Source: a virus
Direction: 5' to 3' (one strand)
IMG/VR virus record: IMGVR_UViG_3300009790_002068
Location: 1-64,000 of that record
Length of the DNA stretch: 64,000 nt
The notes under the pieces were generated by a model, which was not told the DNA's origin, did no database searches, and worked only from the letters and a program-made list of their open reading frames with translations. Position 1 is the first letter of the stretch, and every line of letters starts with the position of its first letter. A program made the translations under genes and the position numbers. This document shows, piece after piece, positions 36,402 through 45,009 of this stretch.

Positions 36402-36887
36402 ATGGCTTATCAAAGTACAAAAACATATGGTAATGACAGAGGCTTTTCATGTGCTTTTAGGCAATGGAGTGCTGACAGTCATTGTAATTTAATTCACGGA
36501 TACTCATTAGGGTTTAAATTTATATTTGAAGCTGAAGAGCTAGACGAACGTAATTGGGTTTACGATTTTGGCAACTGTAAATGGATCAAAGAATGGATAG
36601 AAGATACATTCGATCATAAAACGGCTGTTGATATTAACGATCCTTATATTGAAACTTTTAGAGAACTAAACAAAGCAGGACTAATTGATTTAAGAGAAAT
36701 GGATGGTGCTGGTTGTGAGAAATTTGCTGAACATACTTTTTCATTTGTTGCTCCTAAAGTATTAGAAGGCACAGGCGGTCGTGTAAGACTAAAGAGTGTA
36801 GAAGTATTTGAACACGGAGCCAATAGTGCTGTCGTAGAAGATTTAATTCTACCAGAACATATTAACGAAAGTAGAGAGGTACATTAA
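36402..36887 (+). CDS. queD: 6-carboxy-5,6,7,8-tetrahydropterin synthase
   Basis: [25 protein letters not shown]. Confidence 0.9.
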   Translation: MAYQSTKTYGNDRGFSCAFRQWSADSHCNLIHGYSLGFKFIFEAEELDERNWVYDFGNCKWIKEWIEDTFDHKTAVDINDPYIETFRELNKAGLIDLREMDGAGCEKFAEHTFSFVAPKVLEGTGGRVRLKSVEVFEHGANSAVVEDLILPEHINESREVH

Positions 36888-37471
36888 TGGCATTAATTCC
36901 AATAGTTATTGAACAAACAAGTAAAGGTGAAAGAAGTTATGATATCTATTCACGTTTAATGAAAGATAGAATTATAATGTTAAGTGGTGTTGTAGAAGAA
37001 AACATGGCTAACATTATAACTGCTCAACTTTTATTTTTAGAGAGTCAAGACCCTGATAAAGATATTACACTTTATATTAATTCACCAGGCGGTAGTGTAA
37101 CTGATGGAATGAGTATGCTTGATACTATGAACTTTGTTAAATGTGATATATCAACAGTAGTAATGGGCCAGGCTTGTTCAATGGGTTCATTGTTAGCAAG
37201 TTCAGGTACTAAAGGCAAACGTTTTATGTTACCTAATGCTAGGCACATGATACATCAACCTTTAGGTGGGTTTAGTGGTCAAGCTACTGACGTAGAAATT
37301 AGAGCAAACGAATTGTTACGTTGGAAGAAAGTATTAACTGAAGTGTATGTTACTAACACAGGTAAAGACTTTGATACGTTATCTAAGGATATGGATAGAG
37401 ATAACTTTATGACAGCAGAAGAGGCCGTAGCTTACGGACTTGCTGATAAAATTGTTGAGGAGAGAACATAA
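36887..37471 (+). CDS. clpP: ATP-dependent Clp protease proteolytic subunit
   Basis: [29 protein letters not shown]. Confidence 0.97.
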   Translation: MALIPIVIEQTSKGERSYDIYSRLMKDRIIMLSGVVEENMANIITAQLLFLESQDPDKDITLYINSPGGSVTDGMSMLDTMNFVKCDISTVVMGQACSMGSLLASSGTKGKRFMLPNARHMIHQPLGGFSGQATDVEIRANELLRWKKVLTEVYVTNTGKDFDTLSKDMDRDNFMTAEEAVAYGLADKIVEERT

Positions 37472-37710
37472 TGCCAATACCAGAAAAAGTAATTATGCCA
37501 GCAAGTAAAGACCCAGGTAAAGGACACTTTTACGTTAGTTTAATAAAGAGTGCTATTAGAATTGGTGCTGGTGTAGGACTAATACTAGCCGGTATGGCAT
37601 TTAGTAGTCATAATGGAGACCTTTGGCCTGATATTGCTTATTGGTTAAAGTTTGCTGGTGCTGGCTTTATACTTGCTGAAGCATTAGGAATTTTAGAAGA
37701 GATTGTTTAA
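37471..37710 (+). CDS. small membrane protein
   Basis: HFYVSLIKSAIRI...AEALGILEE. Confidence 0.65.
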   Translation: MPIPEKVIMPASKDPGKGHFYVSLIKSAIRIGAGVGLILAGMAFSSHNGDLWPDIAYWLKFAGAGFILAEALGILEEIV

Positions 37711-38639
37711 TGGCAAATTTTGCTCAACATGATTTTAGTAAGACAGTAGAAAAGAAGTTTTATTACTCTGAAATATTTCACAGTATTCAAGGTGAAGGAC
37801 ATTATACAGGTGTGCCTACTGCTTGGATTAGATTCTTTCTATGTAACTTACAATGTAATGGCTTTGGACAAATAGATCCAACTAACCCAGACACATATGA
37901 ACTACCATTTGAGGACTTTGATGTTAGTTCTGTAAAGCGAGTTGAAGACTTGCCTGTATGGGATAAAGGCTGTGATAGTTCTTATACTTGGGCGAAGAAG
38001 TTTAAAGACCTTATGGGACAAGAAACTCCTACTGCTATGGCAAATAAAATTGTTAATATAATGAAATGTGATAGCAACCCAGATGGATTATTTTTACATC
38101 CAATAAGTAAAATGAAGCAACACTTATGTTTTACAGGTGGCGAACCTTTAATGGTAACAGGGCAGACAGCTAGTGTTGGAATATATAAAGAATTAGAAAG
38201 ACAAGGTAACTTACCAAGTTCAATGACATTTGAAACTAATGGTACACAAAAACTAAGACCTGAATTTATAGACTGGGCAAGTAGTATACCAGAAGAAGTA
38301 TTCTTTTCTTGTAGTCCTAAACTGTTTACAGTATCTGGAGAGAAACCAGAGAAAGCTATTAAACCTGAGATAGTAGGTGAATATAGAAAAGCATCTGCTA
38401 AAGGACAATTAAAATTTGTTGTTGGCGATAAAGATCGCGAATGGGACGAAATGGAATCAGCAATAGCTAAATTTAGAGATGCTGGTGTTGATTGGCCTGT
38501 ATGGGTTATGCCTACAGGAGCAAGGGAAGAAGAACAAACTGCTGGTGCTGGCAAAGTGGCGGAACGAGCATTTAAACGAGGATATAATGTGGCGGCTAGA
38601 GTACACGTTTATCTATTTGGTAATGCTATAGGAACTTAA
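37710..38639 (+). CDS. queE: 7-carboxy-7-deazaguanine synthase (radical SAM)
   Basis: EIFHSIQGEG..TGVP, CNLQC...CDS, TGGEPL, ETNGT, SPKL, KFVV, RVH. Confidence 0.92.
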   Translation: MANFAQHDFSKTVEKKFYYSEIFHSIQGEGHYTGVPTAWIRFFLCNLQCNGFGQIDPTNPDTYELPFEDFDVSSVKRVEDLPVWDKGCDSSYTWAKKFKDLMGQETPTAMANKIVNIMKCDSNPDGLFLHPISKMKQHLCFTGGEPLMVTGQTASVGIYKELERQGNLPSSMTFETNGTQKLRPEFIDWASSIPEEVFFSCSPKLFTVSGEKPEKAIKPEIVGEYRKASAKGQLKFVVGDKDREWDEMESAIAKFRDAGVDWPVWVMPTGAREEEQTAGAGKVAERAFKRGYNVAARVHVYLFGNAIGT

Positions 38640-38642
38640 ATT

Positions 38643-38954
38643 ATGGACTTAAAAACTATTTGGTTTTCGGCAGAGGAGATCGCTTTAAAATTTACTCAAC
38701 AATCCTTTTTAAAAAATACAGCCGAACTACTAATCAAAGTATTACATACAATTATTTTATTTGTTTTATGTGTATGTGTGTTTACATTTCTTATACTTAA
38801 ATCTTGTTATGAGATGATAAGAGATAGGAGTAAAACAAATGTCGAAGAGGATGAGCCAATGGAACACGAACCTTTACCTTACAAACTGAAAGGTAAACAC
38901 GAAGAAGATGGCGATCCTGAATTTGTTAAACGATTAAGAGATAGAGGAATATAG
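38643..38954 (+). CDS. membrane-anchored hypothetical protein
   Basis: central TM segment. Confidence 0.5.
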   Translation: MDLKTIWFSAEEIALKFTQQSFLKNTAELLIKVLHTIILFVLCVCVFTFLILKSCYEMIRDRSKTNVEEDEPMEHEPLPYKLKGKHEEDGDPEFVKRLRDRGI

Positions 38955-38962
38955 GAGAAGTT

Positions 38963-39328
38963 ATGGAAAACCCATTTAAAAAACTTTTTAGTAAAGAGAG
39001 TAAAGCAAAGACTAAAAAAGAACATAAGTCTGATAAAGATCTTGCTACTGAAAAAGAGTTACCCTATGTTAACGTTATTGGATTTGATTTAGATAAAAAT
39101 AATCCAAGCCAAGGTGCTTTCGAATTAGATTGGAACATTTATTTTATAAACCAATTAAGAGGCGAAGGTTATCAAGGAAAAACAGATGAAGATGTTGTAG
39201 ACAACTGGTTTCAAAAAGTATGTAAGAATGTAGCTTTAGAAACTTGGGAAAACTATGACGCTGATCCTGATAATAGAACAACTGTTAACAAGGTTAAACG
39301 TGACGATGGCAAGACTGAGGTTAGTTAA
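38963..39328 (+). CDS. hypothetical phage protein
   Basis: AGGAG RBS; FELDWN..FI..L...GY.G...E.VVD.WF. Confidence 0.7.
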   Translation: MENPFKKLFSKESKAKTKKEHKSDKDLATEKELPYVNVIGFDLDKNNPSQGAFELDWNIYFINQLRGEGYQGKTDEDVVDNWFQKVCKNVALETWENYDADPDNRTTVNKVKRDDGKTEVS

Positions 39329-40314
39329 TGTTTTTTCTTAATTTTGGAAATGGACAACCTGGTGGTGTAGGTACTGTTACTAATTACAGAACTGCTGATG
39401 AAGATGGTGCTTGGGTTGGTATGGAACGTTATGTACACCCCACAGACGCTCAATACTCGTGGATAAATAGATTAGCTGAGCTTTATTCAGCTAGAACTAA
39501 AAACTTCTGTAGACACGAAGCAACTACAGACAGAATCTTACAAGAAGTTAGAGAAAATTTAAACACATACAACTTTGATGAATGTTATGTTTTTATAGCA
39601 TTATCGGGTGTAAGCCCTAGACTGTTTTCTATATATGGAGACTGGGGTAGTGCTAAAGACAGCCACTGGAGTAAGTATTATGACGAGTGGGGCATAGAGT
39701 GTAGAATGGACGGTACTGATTTCGACTACAAAAGAGGTAGAGAACTAATCTTTAATGTACTAAAAACAAATGGCGTTAAAAAAGGCGACACTACATTTAC
39801 ATCTTACGTTGATCAACATTTTAGAGGCTTCTTAAACGAAGAAGGACTAAATTTAAACGATACTGACAATCCTTTAAATTCCTTTCATCCTGATAATGCT
39901 ATCTATACTGACATTATTAATAAATGGTTAGAACTAAAAGAAAAAGATTACTTAAAAGAATGTAAGAGAATTGATTCTATGAAAGAAACTGCTGAAAGGC
40001 ACGAATGGTATCAAGATGAACTTAAAGAAACTATGAAAGCTATTAAAGGATCAGAACATAAGTTTTTCTTTTACTGGTCAGATGATATGCCTGGACAAGG
40101 TAACATACCCGAAAATGTTGGTTTGGGCGATTTGGACGATAAGGTAAAAATTGATCAACCCAATACATATTGGTTTTGGGGAATTAGTATGTCAAACTTT
40201 TTTAATAACATGAATATATCTCCAAGATTTTTAAAGTACTTTCAACACGAAGCTCATTTTGAATTTTACAAATATATGAGAAATAAGTTGACAGACTCTA
40301 AATTGATGCTATAA
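39328..40314 (+). CDS. hypothetical protein (possible degenerate SGNH-like)
   Basis: long coupled ORF. Confidence 0.6.
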   Translation: MFFLNFGNGQPGGVGTVTNYRTADEDGAWVGMERYVHPTDAQYSWINRLAELYSARTKNFCRHEATTDRILQEVRENLNTYNFDECYVFIALSGVSPRLFSIYGDWGSAKDSHWSKYYDEWGIECRMDGTDFDYKRGRELIFNVLKTNGVKKGDTTFTSYVDQHFRGFLNEEGLNLNDTDNPLNSFHPDNAIYTDIINKWLELKEKDYLKECKRIDSMKETAERHEWYQDELKETMKAIKGSEHKFFFYWSDDMPGQGNIPENVGLGDLDDKVKIDQPNTYWFWGISMSNFFNNMNISPRFLKYFQHEAHFEFYKYMRNKLTDSKLML

Positions 40315-40315
40315 T
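40288..40315 (+). promoter_or_regulatory. sigma70-type promoter
   Basis: TTGACA-16 nt-TATAAT with TGn. Confidence 0.65.
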
Positions 40316-40342
40316 GTATATAATATTTGAACGAGGAACAGA

Positions 40343-41329
40343 ATGAAGTATTTAATTGTAGACACAGCCAATACATTTTTCCGTGCTAGGCACGTTGCCT
40401 TTCGTGGTGCTAATTTAGATGAGAAGGTAGGCCTTAGTATTCATATTACTATGAATAGTGTTAATAAGGTGTATCGTAAGTTTCAAGCAGACCATGTAGT
40501 ATTTTGTTTAGAAGGTCGTAGTTGGCGTAAAGACTTCTATGATCCTTACAAAAAGAATCGTGTAGTAGCTCGTCAGGCTTTAACAGAAGCAGAACAAGAA
40601 GAAGATAAAGTATTTTGGGAAACATTTGATGATTTGTGTACATTCTTAAGAGATAAAAGTAATTGTACAGTTATTCGTAATGAAATAGCAGAAGCAGATG
40701 ATTTAATTGCTAGGTTTATACACCAACACCCAGATGATGAACATTATATTATTAGTAGTGATACAGACTTTCATCAACTGTTAGATAACAACGTACATCA
40801 GTACAATGGTATTACAAATGAATTACATACTATTGAAGGTATATTCGACGACAAAGGTAAGGCTGTAATAGATAAGAAAACAAAAGAACCTAAAGCAATA
40901 CCTGACCCTAAATGGTTACTATTTGAGAAATGTATGAGAGGCGATACTAGTGATAATGTCTTTAGTGCTTTCCCTGGTGTTCGTAAAAAAGGTACAAAAA
41001 ACAAAGTAGGATTACTAGAAGCTTTTGAAGATAAAGATCGTAAAGGTTTCAATTGGAATAATATGATGCTACAACGTTGGGTTGATCACAATGAAGTAGA
41101 ACACAGAGTATTAGATGATTATCAACGTAATGTTACATTAATAGATCTTACAGCTCAACCAGATGAGATTAAAGATTTTATCGACGAAACTATTAAATCA
41201 ATTAACAGTAAAAACAATCCCATGGTAGGTGCCCAGTTCTTAAAATTTTGTGGCAAATACGACTTACAAAAGATTAGTGAACATATAGAAAGTTATGCTC
41301 ACTTCTTACAGTCAGGATATAAGGAGTAA
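40343..41329 (+). CDS. T4 RNase H-like 5'-3' exonuclease (FEN family)
   Basis: LIVD, WRK..Y..YK.NR, EADD, SSDTDF.QL, GD.SDN. Confidence 0.92.
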   Translation: MKYLIVDTANTFFRARHVAFRGANLDEKVGLSIHITMNSVNKVYRKFQADHVVFCLEGRSWRKDFYDPYKKNRVVARQALTEAEQEEDKVFWETFDDLCTFLRDKSNCTVIRNEIAEADDLIARFIHQHPDDEHYIISSDTDFHQLLDNNVHQYNGITNELHTIEGIFDDKGKAVIDKKTKEPKAIPDPKWLLFEKCMRGDTSDNVFSAFPGVRKKGTKNKVGLLEAFEDKDRKGFNWNNMMLQRWVDHNEVEHRVLDDYQRNVTLIDLTAQPDEIKDFIDETIKSINSKNNPMVGAQFLKFCGKYDLQKISEHIESYAHFLQSGYKE

Positions 41330-41331
41330 AT

Positions 41332-41829
41332 ATGACAGTTAAACTCAAAACAATAATTAAAAATAACTTTTGGATTATGGAAGAAGACGGAACCAAAGTA
41401 GGTACTGTAAATAAAATGGACCAAAAGAACTATCAAATTTTTAGTAGACATTCTGAACGCCCTGTAAAATATACAATGAATGAAATTATTACCAAGTGGG
41501 GCGAAGATTGTTTTAAAGATCCAGTAGAAGTTGATGTAGCTCAAAATATTACCAAAGATGGTAATCAATATATGTTATTTGGATATCCGTGTGCTAACGA
41601 GCCAACTAACGAAATGTATGAAGTACAAAGAAAGCTACCTTTGTATACTAAAAACAATAAATCAAATAGTGTTCATTCAGCAGGATATTATATTGTAGAA
41701 TATCCAAGCAACGGTTGGACTAGAAGTTTTTGTCCTAAACTAGTAACACTAGAACGTTATCCATATAGAGGGCCATTTAAAACAAAGGCTGATATGGCAA
41801 TGGCACTTAAACAAAGCAGAGTTAAATGA
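41332..41829 (+). CDS. hypothetical phage protein
   Basis: AAGGAG RBS; SAGYY, FCPKL.TL.RYPY.GPFKT. Confidence 0.7.
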   Translation: MTVKLKTIIKNNFWIMEEDGTKVGTVNKMDQKNYQIFSRHSERPVKYTMNEIITKWGEDCFKDPVEVDVAQNITKDGNQYMLFGYPCANEPTNEMYEVQRKLPLYTKNNKSNSVHSAGYYIVEYPSNGWTRSFCPKLVTLERYPYRGPFKTKADMAMALKQSRVK

Positions 41830-42053
41830 GTATACACATAGAAAACTTTAGAGCATTAGTACAAGCAAACCAACAGAAAAATGCTTCTACGACGACCTTA
41901 GAGACCTCTGTAGCGTCGAATGTTGTTCATAGTATAACACAACTCCAGAACAAATTAATAGACGTACAAGAACAACTGATACAAGCTCAACGTAAAATTA
42001 TAGAGCAACAAACTGTTGAAGTTGAAATGGATGGCGAAAACTGGTCCAGTTAA
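41826..42053 (+). CDS. coiled-coil hypothetical protein
   Basis: overlapping start; ends VEMDGENW. Confidence 0.65.
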   Translation: MSIHIENFRALVQANQQKNASTTTLETSVASNVVHSITQLQNKLIDVQEQLIQAQRKIIEQQTVEVEMDGENWSS

Positions 42054-42121
42054 AGCATCATATAAAAACCATTAACTACTCATAGAAAGAAGATAAATAC
42101 TCATAGAACAGGAGTATCGAA

Positions 42122-42409
42122 GTGAGTAGACCTAAACCAGTAATACTGTTGGAAAAGACAGATAACAAAAGTTACCAGACAGATCAAGTCTTGGCCAGTG
42201 AAGGCATATGGGCCGTGTACTATGAGGATCGTCCGATCAACTTGAAAACATTTAATATGCTAGTAAGTTATCCAGGACCTAAGTATAAGAAAGTATCATT
42301 TTCCAATCCAGGCCATGCTATCAACCTAGCAAAGAAATTAAATTCTAAATATGCTACTGATAGATTTACTGTAGTTAAACTAGACCGTGGCGAAAACGTT
42401 CCCCTCTAA
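42122..42409 (+). CDS. hypothetical late protein
   Basis: TAAATA 42095, AGGAG RBS, GTG start; MSRPKP...YKKVSFSNPGHA. Confidence 0.7.
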   Translation: MSRPKPVILLEKTDNKSYQTDQVLASEGIWAVYYEDRPINLKTFNMLVSYPGPKYKKVSFSNPGHAINLAKKLNSKYATDRFTVVKLDRGENVPL

Positions 42410-42773
42410 TAAAATTGAGATTACAAATTCTCTCGTAAAGCATCTTGACAATACAACTGAAGAAGAAGCGATTTCCACTTGGTGGCGTAACACTAGAGCA
42501 CATTCAGGTTTACGATTAACAGAAGAAGGATTTAAAGCATTTACTCAGCAACTGTTCGTTAAACGATACACAATATCCATACAAGAATCAGTTAAGGCAA
42601 TAAAACATAATCCTAGATTGTTATTACAACTAGATCATCATATAACTTGCCCATACTACTTTCCACCTAGAAAACAATCAATAATCGTATTTGGTGAACA
42701 AGAAGCTAATATGATTTCCTTATATAATGGTGACCTCAAATTATATATGGCTAATACCGACGCTTGGTATTAA
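42387..42773 (+). CDS. hypothetical protein
   Basis: GLRLTEEGF, LD....PYY pattern. Confidence 0.6.
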   Translation: MAKTFPSNKIEITNSLVKHLDNTTEEEAISTWWRNTRAHSGLRLTEEGFKAFTQQLFVKRYTISIQESVKAIKHNPRLLLQLDHHITCPYYFPPRKQSIIVFGEQEANMISLYNGDLKLYMANTDAWY

Positions 42774-42857
42774 TTCGGTTGACAAACACCACTAGATATA
42801 GTATACTGTACACATAATAAGACACTACATCTAGTGTCATAACACAGGAGAAAACAC

Positions 42858-43100
42858 ATGAATACACTTTTTATTAAGAGATTTGCTATTAATATTGGCA
42901 TTGTACTAGCAAGTATGGCCGGAATAATGATATTATACACAGGAGGAGAATACTTCTTTTCCAATGGTGCCTATGGAATTATGGCTGGTTTGGTAGCATA
43001 TTTGCTATTTTGGATAGTAGATATGAGCTATTTTCAAGCGAAATCTGAGTACTATGATAAGCAATATGACGAGATCTCTAAGAAACATGGCATAAAATAA
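42858..43100 (+). CDS. two-TM membrane protein
   Basis: TTGACA..TATACT promoter at 42779-42807; AGGAG RBS. Confidence 0.7.
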   Translation: MNTLFIKRFAINIGIVLASMAGIMILYTGGEYFFSNGAYGIMAGLVAYLLFWIVDMSYFQAKSEYYDKQYDEISKKHGIK

Positions 43101-43132
43101 AGCAAAAAAAGATGAAAAAAAGACGTCTTTTT

Positions 43133-43175
43133 GGTTGACTTTTGGCCTTATGATGCTATACTATATGTATAGTTA
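43133..43175 (+). repeat. early-promoter cassette, copy A2
   Basis: 41/43 identical to 30767-30809; TTGACT-16 nt-TATACT. Confidence 0.85.
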
Positions 43176-43218
43176 GAAAAAGATGAGTAATAATTTAAAC
43201 AACGAAACGGAGAAAAAT

Positions 43219-44331
43219 ATGTCCTCAACAATTACAGAACACCGTACAGTAACTTCAGAAGGAGCTCGTAGGAGCATTGTTAAGGCGTTTGCTAAAAAAC
43301 GTCCTATCTTCCTTTGGGGTCCTCCCGGTATTGGTAAATCAGAATTAGCACAAGGGATCACTGATTCAGGTGATATTGGTAATGCCTTGTTAATCGATCT
43401 ACGTATGGCACTTATGGAGCCTACAGATATTAAGGGTATTCCTTATTATAATAAAGAAACAGGTACAATGGACTGGGCACCACCAGTTGATTTGCCAACT
43501 GAAGAACTTGCTAAACAATATGACACTATTGTCGTATTTTTAGATGAGCTTAACTCGGCTCCTCCAAGTACACAGGCGGCGGCCTACCAATTAGTTCTTA
43601 ACCGTAAGGTAGGTAATTATACATTACCCGAAAACGTTGTTATTATCGCGGCTGGTAACCGTGAAACTGATAAGGGTGTTACTTACAGAATGCCGGCACC
43701 ATTGGCTAACAGATTCCTACATTTGGAAATGAGAGTTGATTACGAAAGCTGGTTAGATTGGGCTGTTAACAATAATATCCATTCAGATGTTATTGGACAC
43801 ATTACAGTTCATAAACAAGATTTATATGACTTTGATCCAAAAGGTTCAAGTCGTTCATTTGCTACTCCACGTTCGTGGACATTTGTTTCAGAGCTAATCT
43901 CAGATGATGATTTAGACGATGAAACATTTACTGATTTAGTATCAGGAGCCGTTGGTGAAGGTATTGCCGTTAAGTTTATGGCAACTAGGAAGGCTAGAAA
44001 TAAACTTCCTAATCCAACAGAGATCTTAGAAGGTAAGATTAAAACGTTAGATGCTCAAGTTGAAATGAGTGGTAGGTACTCACTTACTATGTCAATGTGT
44101 TATGAGCTACGTGAAAAAGCTGAAAAGAATAAAGCTGGTTCACAGAAGTACGTTGAAAACTTCCTAAGGTTTATGATGGATAACTTCGATGCTGAACTTA
44201 CAGTTATGGGAGCTCAGACTGCCATAGTAAGATATGGTATAGCGGTTAAGCCAAAAGAATTAAAGAGCTTTAATGAGTTCCATGAGAGATTTGGCAAGTA
44301 CATTAGAAAAGCTCGTTCATTGGATTCGTAG
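43219..44331 (+). CDS. MoxR-like AAA+ ATPase
   Basis: GPPGIGKS, FLDELN, AAGN, PLANRF, TPRSW; GGAG RBS before ATG 43219. Confidence 0.9.
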   Translation: MSSTITEHRTVTSEGARRSIVKAFAKKRPIFLWGPPGIGKSELAQGITDSGDIGNALLIDLRMALMEPTDIKGIPYYNKETGTMDWAPPVDLPTEELAKQYDTIVVFLDELNSAPPSTQAAAYQLVLNRKVGNYTLPENVVIIAAGNRETDKGVTYRMPAPLANRFLHLEMRVDYESWLDWAVNNNIHSDVIGHITVHKQDLYDFDPKGSSRSFATPRSWTFVSELISDDDLDDETFTDLVSGAVGEGIAVKFMATRKARNKLPNPTEILEGKIKTLDAQVEMSGRYSLTMSMCYELREKAEKNKAGSQKYVENFLRFMMDNFDAELTVMGAQTAIVRYGIAVKPKELKSFNEFHERFGKYIRKARSLDS

Positions 44332-44345
44332 GACTTAGGTCCTAC
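44328..44345 (+). terminator. short perfect hairpin at the ATPase stop
   Basis: GTAGGAC-TTAG-GTCCTAC; no U tract. Confidence 0.4.
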
Positions 44346-44366
44346 TAACCAGGGGTAAATATTTTT

Positions 44367-44954
44367 ATGAGCCACTTTAAGCAATTACATTTTCCGAAAT
44401 TTGACCTAGCTGATGCTTGGTCGAATACCACAGACTTGACTTTTGGGAGAGAGGACACTCCCGGAGGTCAGGTTTGTATTAATACTGTAAAGGGTCATGA
44501 AGATGATCCTTTTTACGGTTATGGTGGGTTATGGAAAGATTGGGCTAATAAGAAAACTATTACCTACGACAATGGTACTAAAGAAACTATTGTACCATGG
44601 AGAGCTGAAGGTTTAAAAGAAGAAGAATTTACAGAAGTTTGTACTCAATTTAAAGGTACTGTATTTGAAGAAGCTTATAATGTTTTAAATGATAAGTTTG
44701 TATTAGGTCGTGTTAGGGTAATGACTTTAGAGAGCAAAAAATGTCTTACTTGGCATTGTGATACTAGTCCTAGAATACATTATCCAATGATTACTGATAT
44801 AGGTAATCTTATGGTAATTGAAGATGAAGTTAAACACTTGCCAAAACATACTTGGTGGTTAACAGATACTACCAAAAACCATACCGCCCTAAACGGAGAT
44901 ACCAAATCTAGGGTACATTTAGTGGCAGTAATACTGGATAAAAAAAGTGGTTGA
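44367..44954 (+). CDS. 2OG-Fe(II) oxygenase (Asp/Asn beta-hydroxylase-like)
   Basis: RVRVM, WHCD, RIHYP, HTALN, RVHLV. Confidence 0.8.
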   Translation: MSHFKQLHFPKFDLADAWSNTTDLTFGREDTPGGQVCINTVKGHEDDPFYGYGGLWKDWANKKTITYDNGTKETIVPWRAEGLKEEEFTEVCTQFKGTVFEEAYNVLNDKFVLGRVRVMTLESKKCLTWHCDTSPRIHYPMITDIGNLMVIEDEVKHLPKHTWWLTDTTKNHTALNGDTKSRVHLVAVILDKKSG

Positions 44955-44987
44955 CTTTTTGGCTAAAGATGTTATTATAATAGTATA
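44949..44987 (+). promoter_or_regulatory. early-promoter cassette, copy B2 (A/B hybrid)
   Basis: GGTTGACTTTTTGGC joined to AAAGATGTTATTATAATAGTATA. Confidence 0.75.
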
Positions 44988-45009
44988 GTAATTAAGAAAA
45001 GGAGCAAAA

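Noticed and set aside
1519-37471. Bacterial chromosome origin suggested by dnaJ, def, clpA, clpP, cspA, folE
   Set aside because: They are embedded among phage replication genes, late-promoter motifs and many small phage-type ORFs, without cellular operon context
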